Source: a virus
Direction: 5' to 3' (one strand)
Virus record (IMG/VR): IMGVR_UViG_3300022902_000006
Length of the DNA stretch: 64,000 bases
Part shown: positions 1 through 8,888 of the stretch, in pieces
How the letters are laid out: each line of letters opens with the position of its first letter
Numbering within the stretch: position 1 is the first letter of the stretch
Made by a program: the position numbers and the translations under genes
Notes under the pieces: generated by a model
Database searches by the model: none
The model's input: the letters and a program-made list of their open reading frames with translations, nothing else
Told to the model about the DNA's origin: nothing

Positions 1-28
1 GATGTCATGTTGTGTGTGCGTGCTGAGG

Positions 29-1258
29 CTACGCGTCCTGCAGCACACGTTCCAGTTTCTCCATCGTTTGTACTCCGGGGATACCATCCACGTCAATGAG
101 ATCCTCACGATTCCTGCGGTTCCAGTCCTGTTGAAAGTGCGTCACTGCCGCAATCGTCTCAGCACCAAGGTCACCATCCACCCCATACTTCGGCAAGATG
201 GGCACCCCGTAGATCTTGATCAGCGCCTCCTGCACTTCCGTGGTGGTATCAATGCTCGTGTCGCGGTCGTTGTACGGAATCTTCTGGTCAGGATCCTCTG
301 CGTAAAGGATGGCGCAGTCCAGCTCAGAGAGATCGGCGATGTCGTCCGCACCTTCTGCCGTCACGAACTCCTCCATGAAGGAATATTCCTCAATGGGGTA
401 GTGCTCGAACGCCGCAGCGTTGGCGAGCTTGCGAGGCCACAACGGACCCATATCGAACTTGGATGCACGCCAATCGGCGTGGTCCGACATGCGCGCCTCC
501 GTCAACTTCCCGGTAGCGATGACCGTCAAGCGCTTGAGCTTGATATTCGTGACCACCTGACTCCAGGTGTACGGCATCATGTGTGTGGCCTTCCTGTAAG
601 GCACGTCCAGGCGCGTCGGCACCTGACCACTGTCAAGGACCGCCTGCTTGATGGGGCCTGCCCAGAAGTGCCAGGCGTTGTCCTTGAAGGTGCACACCAG
701 GGGATTCACCATCTCAACGTGGATGCCGTCCCCGTTGCGCTTGGGCTCGCCCCAACACTTGTCCTCCAGATTGAGGAGCATGAATGGGGTGCCATCGCGG
801 AACACCACGAAGTGTGTCACTGCGTTGGCATACCCCTTCCACGACACGACGTATCCTTTCTTACCCTTCTTGACCTTCCCGTCCCGGCGAGCGGCGTACT
901 TCTCCGCCGATACCTCGGTCTTGAATCGCCGAGAGTGGGACCGAATAGCAGATGAGAACCAGCCCAGCGTACCCCAGCCATTGATGCCTGCGGTGCTGTG
1001 GTCCACCCACCAGAGAGACTTCACGTTCTTCAGTCGCCCCCGGCGCCCCTGCTTCGTCGGGAAGAGTTTCCGGTAGGTTGGATTCATCTTGTGATAGATG
1101 TCCAGGTGAGACCGCTCATACAGGAGCCGCAGCGTCCTACGCGCATCTTCCTGTGTGACGAGACCGCTGCTCGTCGCTTCCCACATCACCGCAAACTCTT
1201 CGCGGATTTCTGTTTCCCGGTCCAGGAGGTCTTTCCAGAATTCGTCGTGTTTTGTCAT
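29..1258 (-). CDS. N-acetylmuramoyl-L-alanine amidase (Amidase_2/AmpD-like) endolysin with C-terminal peptidoglycan-binding domain
   Basis: VDHSTAG, THFVVFRDG, NGDGIHVEM, SDHADW..KFDMGP amidase motifs; C-terminal GVDGDLGAETIAAVTHFQ...VDGIPG PG-binding signature; ATG at 1258 overlaps upstream stop (ATGA). Confidence 0.85.
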   Translation of the reverse strand: MTKHDEFWKDLLDRETEIREEFAVMWEATSSGLVTQEDARRTLRLLYERSHLDIYHKMNPTYRKLFPTKQGRRGRLKNVKSLWWVDHSTAGINGWGTLGWFSSAIRSHSRRFKTEVSAEKYAARRDGKVKKGKKGYVVSWKGYANAVTHFVVFRDGTPFMLLNLEDKCWGEPKRNGDGIHVEMVNPLVCTFKDNAWHFWAGPIKQAVLDSGQVPTRLDVPYRKATHMMPYTWSQVVTNIKLKRLTVIATGKLTEARMSDHADWRASKFDMGPLWPRKLANAAAFEHYPIEEYSFMEEFVTAEGADDIADLSELDCAILYAEDPDQKIPYNDRDTSIDTTTEVQEALIKIYGVPILPKYGVDGDLGAETIAAVTHFQQDWNRRNREDLIDVDGIPGVQTMEKLERVLQDA

Positions 1259-2184
1259 CGACTCGCCAGTACCTTTCCTCTGCAATCAAACCAGTAGCCG
1301 CACCACCGCGCACTGCAACACCAAGCTGTTGGGTCGCACGGAGGGAACACGCCCGCCGAAATAGCGCGCGAGACGCCATCAATAATCATAAACATCCACT
1401 GGTAATCTGCTTCGGTGCGTAGTGTGGTTGCTTGTAGAACTTTTGGTTTCTTGAGGCGCAAGAACATATCCATGCGCACCCTGGGAATCTTCTTCGCGTA
1501 CGAGTAGAACGTGAACTGAAGGGACCCATCCAACTCAACCTTGGTCGCCTTCTTCGCTTTCGTTTTGTAGTCCACCACACTGCGCAGCAGCTCTGGTGGG
1601 GGCGTTAAACCGTTGTCCTGTATCAAGGCCAGCTCTGCTGCTGAAAAGCCGGTGAGGTCATTCGCGTCCACGAGGTCGATGAACCCAAGCATCGGAATGC
1701 CGTTGACGTCTACCTCTATCTTCTCTTCGATGCCACGCGTCCCATCTGGGGCCACGTAAGGCTTTACGTCAGGTGCGAACTCCTCATTGTACTTTGTGAT
1801 GAGCGTGATGCCCTGGTCCTTCGCCACGCCCCTATCAATGTCGCCCCAGTCTTCGATGGCTGCAGCCCCCTCCTCATACGAGTCAGAGTACGCCGATGTG
1901 ACCAGCTCATTGCTTGCGGGCACGCCATGATCCACGATGTGATGGTTCGTGACTTCAGCGCCCTTATGGCAGGCGGTGCCCTGGGCCATGAGCGCGCCGG
2001 GAGGTGTGCGCTTCTTGAGGATGTAACGGAAGTAGTATTGATGTGGGCAGCGCTGGTAGCACCCTACCTGTGAGGGGCTAAGGTACCCTGTTGGGAGCAC
2101 GATGCGTGGCGCGTCGCTGCGCAACTTCTCTGCCGCCTCCAACTGCTCTGGGGTAGGAGCGAAGTCTTCAATTCCGCGCCCCAC
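1255..2184 (-). CDS. PD-(D/E)XK (Cas4/RecB-like) nuclease
   Basis: LSPSQ..YQRCPHQYYFRY, GTACHKGAE, GFIDLVD, VVDYKT, QFTFYSYA and terminal C-x5-C..C..C cluster typical of Fe-S Cas4-like exonucleases. Confidence 0.85.
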   Translation of the reverse strand: MGRGIEDFAPTPEQLEAAEKLRSDAPRIVLPTGYLSPSQVGCYQRCPHQYYFRYILKKRTPPGALMAQGTACHKGAEVTNHHIVDHGVPASNELVTSAYSDSYEEGAAAIEDWGDIDRGVAKDQGITLITKYNEEFAPDVKPYVAPDGTRGIEEKIEVDVNGIPMLGFIDLVDANDLTGFSAAELALIQDNGLTPPPELLRSVVDYKTKAKKATKVELDGSLQFTFYSYAKKIPRVRMDMFLRLKKPKVLQATTLRTEADYQWMFMIIDGVSRAISAGVFPPCDPTAWCCSARWCGYWFDCRGKVLASR

Positions 2185-2741
2185 TATCGACCACTCCCTG
2201 ACCCGGGCCTCGGAGGCCGTCCACTCTCACCGCCGATGTTTCCTGGTCCCGTCAGTTTGCTCCGGGCGAACGGCCCCGTCTTACCCGCCGCCAACTTCTT
2301 ACCCGCTGTTGCTGCTGCACGTGCGGAACCGGAAGTGGCACCTGGCTCATCTGTCTGATTGTACTCGGGTGGCTCCTCAGATTCTCCCAGGTCTTCGTCC
2401 AGCTCCACAGGGAGTAGTTCCATCTCCAGCTCGTGAACCGCTGCGCCCTCGGCCTCCTCGCGGAGTACCTCCAGCTCTTCGTCAGACACGTCGAGGGGGG
2501 TCATCTGGGGTGGGGCATGCGCCGCCGAATTGTGCAACGCAGCCTGGCCACACATGATGCACTCTCGGTCCTTCAGTAGGGGGGCGTCAACCGCAGTGAC
2601 CTCGATCGTCATCGCGGTTGCGTCATCGCCGTACTCCGACACCACCACCGTAGACACGTCCAATCCTTTGTGCTGTAGCGCAGCCCTGAGCAGGTGTACG
2701 ATATCGTCGTAATTGAACACCGCTTTGTGTTCCAGTTCCAT
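2184..2741 (-). CDS. hypothetical protein (CxxC, acidic middle)
   Basis: Abuts neighbours on both sides in the same operon; no recognisable domain. Confidence 0.7.
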   Translation of the reverse strand: MELEHKAVFNYDDIVHLLRAALQHKGLDVSTVVVSEYGDDATAMTIEVTAVDAPLLKDRECIMCGQAALHNSAAHAPPQMTPLDVSDEELEVLREEAEGAAVHELEMELLPVELDEDLGESEEPPEYNQTDEPGATSGSARAAATAGKKLAAGKTGPFARSKLTGPGNIGGESGRPPRPGSGSGR

Positions 2742-4625
2742 TTATAGTTCCCTTACCCGCGTCACCGGTCGTGCCACGGATCTTTGGTATTTACAACCAG
2801 CGTCATAGATTTTGGCGCACTTGCACCCTTCTTGCTGGGGGCATTTGGCACACACAATCGCAGTAGTTAGCGTCTCTGCTACGTCTGCACGAAACGTCAG
2901 TGCGCGTGCTACGTGCTCATCTACTGTGTCCTTGCCCAAGAGACGGTACACCGTCGTATTGCGCGTCTGCCCAGCACGGTGGTTACGGTCACGCGATTGG
3001 TCATAGGCTCCGAGTTCCCAGGGGAGTGCGTAGTAGATCATGTAGTTTGCAGCGTTGAGCGTAATGCCCACACCCGTCTTGACCTGCGCCAAGTAGACCC
3101 TACATCGGGGGTCATTGTTGAAGCGGTCTACCAAGGTCTTGGCTTTCTTCCCCGTCTTCAACCGTGCGATGGTCCACTTGGATTTATCTTTCTTCCACGA
3201 CTTCGCGATAGCTGCTTCAATGAAGTCCAGCTCTGCCGTGAAGTTAGCCCAGATGATGACCTTGTGCGTAGGCTCCACCAGGATATCACGCAGCTTCGAG
3301 AGCAGCGCATCGAGCTTCGCGTTTGGAGTGTAGAGTTCCACTTCCCGAGGAACGGGTTGGGGGTGTACGACACAGCGATTCGTGTGTGGTCGAATATTTC
3401 CGATGATGCAATCGCGTAGATGAGGGCACTCATCGCACAGCCCCTCGTCCTCCTTCCGTTTCTTGTAGACGAAGCCACCTGTTACCTGCAGCAGCTTCCC
3501 GACGAGTATTGCTGCGTTCGCCACATCCAACAATCCATCTCCGTGCAGAAGCCCCTCTTCCTTGAGCAAATCTGTAAGCAAGTCTTCGGCGTTCTGCTCG
3601 CGCAGCAACGTCCGATACAGTTTTTGCTGAGAGGCACCCAGGGGGACCGCTACGTCAATAACGGTCCTGGGAGGTAGGTCAAGGCAGTCTTCCTTTTTAC
3701 GACGTAAAGCAACCAAGCCGAGTCGCCGCTGCACAACATCCAGATTCTTGAACCCTACAATGATGTGCTTGCTCTTCGGAGCGCGTGTGCAGAACTTGTT
3801 TGTGAAGTGCCAGTAGTTTTCACGTGCAAAGCACGGGGATAAGAGACGCAACTGGGCGTACACGTCACGCGGGTCCCCGAGAGATGGTGTCCCCGATAGG
3901 AGAAGCCTACGCGGAGCTTTCCCTGCGAGGTCCAGCACTGCCTTCGTCTGCCCGCTATTGTGCGTCTGGAGGTAGTGACTCTCATCCGCCACAAGCGCGG
4001 AGTATGGGAGCGTCGCAAGCAGTTCTTTGTACCTGCGCGCCACGCCATACGTCACCACGCACCCTGAAGTCTCCGGGGCTTCAGCGATCTGCTTCCTCTT
4101 CTTCGCTGGGCTGTACCCATCAATGACGGTATACTCCTGCCCGATTCCGTGGATCCCGGCCTCCTCTGGCCACACATCGAGGACAACCTTGGGGCACACA
4201 ATAAGGGGCCAGCACCCTGTGGCCCGCTGCCAGTCGATGACAATCTTGGTTTTACCCAACCCACACGCGTAGAACAGCGCCGCACGCATGTTGTAGATGG
4301 CGTGAAGCAACCCTTCTCTCTGGTGGTCATATGGGTCTGTTTTGTATTCGAAGCCATCGGGAAGTGTGGCTTCTTTGATGCGATCCCCGTATGCGTCCTG
4401 CGTGTGTATCCACTTCTGCGCTGTATCGGATACCTCTACAGGAAGCTGGAGCACCTCAATGTCGTTCAACACAATGCGATGCACAGGGAAGAAGGCGGGG
4501 AAGTACCACCGCAGGTCTGTGCCTGCCATTGCTCCGTACACCTGGCTCCACTTTTCATCCACGCCGGGGATGACAAAGACAGGGGTACCCATGAGCCGGG
4601 TTACTTTGAGTGGGCTAGGTTTCAT
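2742..4625 (-). CDS. SNF2/SWI2-family helicase
   Basis: GLGKT (motif I), DESH (II), LSGTP (III), GVGITLNAANYMIYY (V), QSRDRNHRAGQT (VI). Confidence 0.92.
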   Translation of the reverse strand: MKPSPLKVTRLMGTPVFVIPGVDEKWSQVYGAMAGTDLRWYFPAFFPVHRIVLNDIEVLQLPVEVSDTAQKWIHTQDAYGDRIKEATLPDGFEYKTDPYDHQREGLLHAIYNMRAALFYACGLGKTKIVIDWQRATGCWPLIVCPKVVLDVWPEEAGIHGIGQEYTVIDGYSPAKKRKQIAEAPETSGCVVTYGVARRYKELLATLPYSALVADESHYLQTHNSGQTKAVLDLAGKAPRRLLLSGTPSLGDPRDVYAQLRLLSPCFARENYWHFTNKFCTRAPKSKHIIVGFKNLDVVQRRLGLVALRRKKEDCLDLPPRTVIDVAVPLGASQQKLYRTLLREQNAEDLLTDLLKEEGLLHGDGLLDVANAAILVGKLLQVTGGFVYKKRKEDEGLCDECPHLRDCIIGNIRPHTNRCVVHPQPVPREVELYTPNAKLDALLSKLRDILVEPTHKVIIWANFTAELDFIEAAIAKSWKKDKSKWTIARLKTGKKAKTLVDRFNNDPRCRVYLAQVKTGVGITLNAANYMIYYALPWELGAYDQSRDRNHRAGQTRNTTVYRLLGKDTVDEHVARALTFRADVAETLTTAIVCAKCPQQEGCKCAKIYDAGCKYQRSVARPVTRVREL

Positions 4626-4641
4626 GTTTATCTGCTCGACC

Positions 4642-5052
4642 TTACGGGCTCTCAGTCTTCAGGTCAAGCAAACAACCTTCACACTTGTAAGAGTGAGTCT
4701 CAAAGTTGCGATCCCCACCAAACCTTAGCTTCCATGCATGCTCGCTGGTAAGGAGTCCTTTGAACTGCCGACAGCGAGGGCACAAGACAATATCGGGTCC
4801 CCCCACCGGGAGCCGAATCCACGCATCCTCCATCATGGCGTTGTACGCCAACAAGCATTTACGCGGTAAATACTTCCACAACTCCAAGTCTGGGTCTGAG
4901 CAATACCCTCCGCTGCTCTCCTTGGTGCACCAGACCTTGGCTGCACACGTGTCACAGGCGTACAGCGCAACCGTGGTGTCACACTTGAACTTATCAGGAC
5001 AGAAGGTGCACGCGAGGCGGTTGTAATCCTCGGTTTTCTTTTCATCTGCCAT
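4642..5052 (-). CDS. Cys-rich hypothetical protein (multiple CxxC, putative zinc-binding)
   Basis: CTFC, CDTC, CPRC, CEGC motifs; first gene of the leftward operon. Confidence 0.6.
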   Translation of the reverse strand: MADEKKTEDYNRLACTFCPDKFKCDTTVALYACDTCAAKVWCTKESSGGYCSDPDLELWKYLPRKCLLAYNAMMEDAWIRLPVGGPDIVLCPRCRQFKGLLTSEHAWKLRFGGDRNFETHSYKCEGCLLDLKTESP

Positions 5053-5088
5053 GTTATACTGTACCCCTCCTGGGCTGAGGAAAACTCC

Positions 5089-6807
5089 ATGATTGAATCA
5101 CTTTATCGGAAAAACGCATCGCACCCTAACCCCGTGTTCGACTTCATGACGGGGTATGTTCCGCGCCAACTACGCGACCTGTTCATGTGGATGGAGTACA
5201 TCTACTTCAACAGCGCTCAAATATCCGCCGCTCTGAAGAAGTTTTCGGAGTACCCCATCACGGACATCTCGTACGAGACGCAGAACGCCAAGCTGACTGG
5301 GCGCGTCAAGGAGCTGCTGGAAGATACACTCAACGTCAAGGACACCCTCATCTTGGCGGGACGAGATCGTTGGATCTACGGTAACTGCTTCCTTTCCATT
5401 TACCAGCCATTCGCTCGGTTTTTGAAGTGCCCTTCCTGCGGAAAAATCACGAACATCAATCACGTGAACTACCGCTTCCGTTTCAAGAGCCTCGCCTTCC
5501 GATACAAGTGTACCAAGTGCAAAGGCGAAGTAGATGGGCAGGTACGCGACCGCAAGCTGACTGACCCCACCCGCGTCAACATTATCAGGTGGGACCCGAA
5601 GCAAATGGACATCGACTGGAACCCCATCACAGGGGAATCCGAGTATTACTACAACATCCCGTCTGACCTTCGCGACAGGGTACAGAAGGGGAACAAGTTG
5701 CTCCTCAACACCATGCCCATGTCGTTCTTGCGCGCCATCCGTGACAACAAGATGTACAAGTTCTCCAAGGACTTCTTGTTCCACATGAAGGTTGCGCCCC
5801 CGGCGGGAATCGATCAGCACTGGGGCTTCCCACCCCTCACCCCCGCCATGAAGCTCTTCTTTTACGTCATGACGCTCCGCAAGGCGAACGAGGCAATCGC
5901 GCTAGATTACCTAGTGCCTTACCGTGTCCTCTCCCCAGCGCAGCGCATGGCTAGTGGTGATCCCGTTCAGAGTATCAGCCTGGCCAACTTCTTCAGTGAG
6001 ATTACCGCTGGCATGTCTCGCTGGCGGCGTGACCCGCTGGAGATCATGACATCACCCGTCCCCGTCGAGCTGTCACAGATAGGAGGCAACGGACGTGCAC
6101 TACTCACACTCGGGGAGGTCAAGGACGCGGAGGACTCTATCATCGCTGCCCTCGGCATCCCCCGGGAGTTCATCTACGGTGGCCTGTCGTTCACCGGGTC
6201 AGCCATTACGTTGCGCATGTTGGAGAACCAGCTCCTGACCTACACATCGGAGCTGAACGGCCTCCTACAGTGGATCACCAATCGCTGCTGCAAGATGCTG
6301 GGCTGGCAGACTGTTCGTGTGTCACTCACCGAGTTCAAGCTCATCGACGATGTGCAGCAGAAGCAGCTCATGCTCAACCTGAACCAAGGTGGACAGGGCA
6401 TCATTTCGAACACCACCATCGCGGAGACCAACGACTTCGACTTGAAGAAAGAGCGTTCCCGGCGACGACAAGAGGCTCTCGACGAGGTCCGCTTTCAGCA
6501 CGACCTACAACTGGAAACCATGAAGCTCCAAAACTCCCTGGCACACCAGACGCAGCAGCAGGCCAACATGGGCCAGGGCCTCACGTACGATCAGCAAGCA
6601 GTCATCGCTGCCGCTGACCAAACCGTGCAACAGCTCATGGGGCTGGACGCGGGTTCGCGGAAGAGTCAACTGCACGCCCTCCAAGTGGAAGACTTCGTGC
6701 TGTACTCCGTCGTCATCCAGCGCTTGGAGGAGATACAAACACAACAAGCACAGCAGGCTCGAAGTCAGGGTCAAGGCCAGGGCGGTGGCCAGGGCGGAGG
6801 TATGTAA
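5089..6807 (+). CDS. portal protein (putative) with Zn-ribbon insertion
   Basis: 572 aa at the head of the structural region; WGFPPL..LRKANEAIA and ALGIPREFIYGG..TLRMLEN segments resemble phage portals; CPSC...CTKC insertion. Confidence 0.7.
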   Translation: MIESLYRKNASHPNPVFDFMTGYVPRQLRDLFMWMEYIYFNSAQISAALKKFSEYPITDISYETQNAKLTGRVKELLEDTLNVKDTLILAGRDRWIYGNCFLSIYQPFARFLKCPSCGKITNINHVNYRFRFKSLAFRYKCTKCKGEVDGQVRDRKLTDPTRVNIIRWDPKQMDIDWNPITGESEYYYNIPSDLRDRVQKGNKLLLNTMPMSFLRAIRDNKMYKFSKDFLFHMKVAPPAGIDQHWGFPPLTPAMKLFFYVMTLRKANEAIALDYLVPYRVLSPAQRMASGDPVQSISLANFFSEITAGMSRWRRDPLEIMTSPVPVELSQIGGNGRALLTLGEVKDAEDSIIAALGIPREFIYGGLSFTGSAITLRMLENQLLTYTSELNGLLQWITNRCCKMLGWQTVRVSLTEFKLIDDVQQKQLMLNLNQGGQGIISNTTIAETNDFDLKKERSRRRQEALDEVRFQHDLQLETMKLQNSLAHQTQQQANMGQGLTYDQQAVIAAADQTVQQLMGLDAGSRKSQLHALQVEDFVLYSVVIQRLEEIQTQQAQQARSQGQGQGGGQGGGM

Positions 6808-7314
6808 ATGGAACAGGGCAAAGGGAGCAGCTTCGCGGGTCTACTAAACGCCGCAGGGGAACTTCCGGAAAACCAAGGACAGGGGGCGAACGTTGATCTA
6901 CCCTCCGGTGCCATGGCGCTTGGCGGATTCCCTATCCCCGCCGATGAACCCGTGGTTAATGACCTCGCGCCCCCCGATAGCTTAGCTGACAAGGGGAAGA
7001 AGGGCATCCAAGGACTCCCGGAGTACAACCTCACCGCGCACATGGAACGCTTCGTCATGGGCACCGTGTGGGAAAAGCAAGAGCAGAGTGAAGAGGCAGG
7101 TGGGGGCTACAAAAACGTCCCCGTAGAGCGCGACGATTCAGCGGAGTACGAACGCATCATCAACATGATGCTCACCGGAGAGGCTGTACGCTCCTGGGAA
7201 GAACGCAATGTCCTGAAAGACGGGACCGTCATCGTCGCACTGTGCTACCTCATCAAAAAAGACAAACCCAGGAAAGACGCCAGCATCGCACCGACACACA
7301 CGCCTCCGTCCTGA
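6808..7314 (+). CDS. hypothetical protein
   Basis: Starts immediately after the portal stop. Confidence 0.7.
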   Translation: MEQGKGSSFAGLLNAAGELPENQGQGANVDLPSGAMALGGFPIPADEPVVNDLAPPDSLADKGKKGIQGLPEYNLTAHMERFVMGTVWEKQEQSEEAGGGYKNVPVERDDSAEYERIINMMLTGEAVRSWEERNVLKDGTVIVALCYLIKKDKPRKDASIAPTHTPPS

Positions 7315-7317
7315 GAG

Positions 7318-7347
7318 GTAAAAAGCAGCCCGGGGAAATCCCCGGGC
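7318..7347 (-). terminator. intrinsic terminator-like hairpin
   Basis: GCCCGGGGA-AA-TCCCCGGGC stem followed on the minus strand by TGCTTTTT; lies between convergent units. Confidence 0.65.
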
Positions 7348-7391
7348 CACTCCATCAACCTGTTAACTGGCATGTACGCGACACCGTCGCC

Positions 7392-7433
7392 TTACAGCAC
7401 GATGATGAGCAGCAACAACGGCGCAATGCTCAT
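7392..7433 (-). CDS. 13-aa hydrophobic micro-ORF MSIAPLLLLIIVL
   Basis: AAGGAGG Shine-Dalgarno 5 nt before the ATG; downstream of 7478..8707 and upstream of the terminator. Confidence 0.35.
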   Translation of the reverse strand: MSIAPLLLLIIVL

Positions 7434-7477
7434 GCCTGCCTCCTTCTTGTAGATTGTTGAGATGGTGCGTGAGGGGC

Positions 7478-8707
7478 CTACTGCTGCACCTCGTCGGCGG
7501 TCTCGACGTCATCCTCCACCTGCACGTCGGCCTCGGGCGCAACCACCACCTCGGGGGCCGGGGCGTCGTCCTGCACCTTGACCTCCTCGGCCTCAGCCTC
7601 GGGCTCAGCGCCCTCCCCCACCTTGGTCGCGTCCTCATCCACCACAGCGTTGTTGCTGGGACGAAGAGCATCGGCCTGGGCATCGGCCTTGGCCTGAGCC
7701 TCCGCGCGAGCCTCGGCCAGGGGGTCCTTGGCCGGGGTCGGGGTGACCGGGGCCTTGCGCCGCTTGCCCTCGGGGGCGGGACGCTGCTGGGGCGAACCCA
7801 CATCCTCGGGGGACGCGGTGGCCACGTGGTTCGCCAGGGCCTTGTCGATGAGGGCGGGGATGCCCGCCTTCGTCTTGGCCGCGCCCTCCTTGAAGCCCGC
7901 CGCCTTGGCCTGGGTGAGGTTCTGCTGGTACTGCTTCTCGGTGAAAGTGACGGGCTTGCCGGGGGTGGGGCGCCCCTTGGCGCGCATGGACTCAGCCATG
8001 GTGGCGCCGAACGTTCCGACGCCGTGCTTCTTCTCGATGTCCAGGCAAGGCCGACAGAGACGATCGCCGGGACGATTCCGCTCGGAACCGTGCTTCTTGA
8101 CCAGACCCTCGATGCGGTACATCTTGGTCTCGACGAGGATCTTGCAGCGGGCACAGGGCTGGACGGACACGGTGGTCTCGCGCAAAGCCTTCCACACGGC
8201 CTTGACCTTCTTGGGCGTGTCGCACGTCTCGAACCGCTTGACCCAGTGCTCGGCGGCGTCGTCCATCACCTCACCCAACATCTCGGCGAGGTCGTTCATG
8301 TCGGGCTTGGTGCGCTCCATGGCGAGCAGCGCCACGAGGTTTTCACGCTGCACCTGGCCATTCAGGGGGATGTGCACACGAATCACGTGCTTCCGCTCAA
8401 CTTCGGTGAGCGGGGTGTGGAAGTACGCGCGGCCAGCCCCGTACTCGGGCGCGGGGGCCGTGACGTACTTGGTGCCCGGCACGCCGGGGATGGACCCGAT
8501 CTCGACCCAGTATTTCCAGTATTTGGCACAGACCTCTTCGAACGCAGCCAGCACGTCCTCATCGAAGCTGTAGCCCTGGGCGGCGAGAATCGCGAAGCCG
8601 TCATCACGCTGACCAGCGCGGTCGTTGGCGATGACAGTGAAGACGTCCTCGGGGAGGATGACCACCCCATTGGCGTCAAGCAGCAGCGACAGGTTCTTAC
8701 ATGTCAT
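7478..8707 (-). CDS. hypothetical protein, CxxC...CxxC zinc site, acidic Ala/Pro/Glu-rich tail
   Basis: Very strong G/C-ending codon bias in this frame; CARC..CRPC. Confidence 0.75.
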   Translation of the reverse strand: MTCKNLSLLLDANGVVILPEDVFTVIANDRAGQRDDGFAILAAQGYSFDEDVLAAFEEVCAKYWKYWVEIGSIPGVPGTKYVTAPAPEYGAGRAYFHTPLTEVERKHVIRVHIPLNGQVQRENLVALLAMERTKPDMNDLAEMLGEVMDDAAEHWVKRFETCDTPKKVKAVWKALRETTVSVQPCARCKILVETKMYRIEGLVKKHGSERNRPGDRLCRPCLDIEKKHGVGTFGATMAESMRAKGRPTPGKPVTFTEKQYQQNLTQAKAAGFKEGAAKTKAGIPALIDKALANHVATASPEDVGSPQQRPAPEGKRRKAPVTPTPAKDPLAEARAEAQAKADAQADALRPSNNAVVDEDATKVGEGAEPEAEAEEVKVQDDAPAPEVVVAPEADVQVEDDVETADEVQQ

Positions 8708-8888
8708 TGGTACCTTCTCCTCAAACTTCCGTGGTTAGTTCTCCCGACGAAAAAGAAATCGTATGTGTGTACAGGTTGATTATCATGCCCGCAGAATCCT
8801 CCCAGTCGGGAGAAGCATGGGTGACCCTGGGGCACATTCTTATACCAAGACTCGCGCTTTATTTAGACTTTCGTCTATACTACCCAGC

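Noticed and set aside
1255-2184. Cas4-like gene as part of a CRISPR-Cas locus
   Set aside because: No repeat-spacer array or other cas genes in the window; standalone Cas4-like nucleases are common in phages.
7454-8779. Long antisense ORFs (also 2..955, 19113..20387, 22033..23964, 35256..36971, 40914..41924, 42288..43586, 52627..54147)
   Set aside because: These are shadow frames opposite genes with strong G/C-ending codon bias; their translations have no domain motifs or RBS.
8763-8888. ORF-track start of the RNAP gene at 8763
   Set aside because: The extension covers a divergent promoter region; ATG 8889 downstream of TATACT is more plausible.
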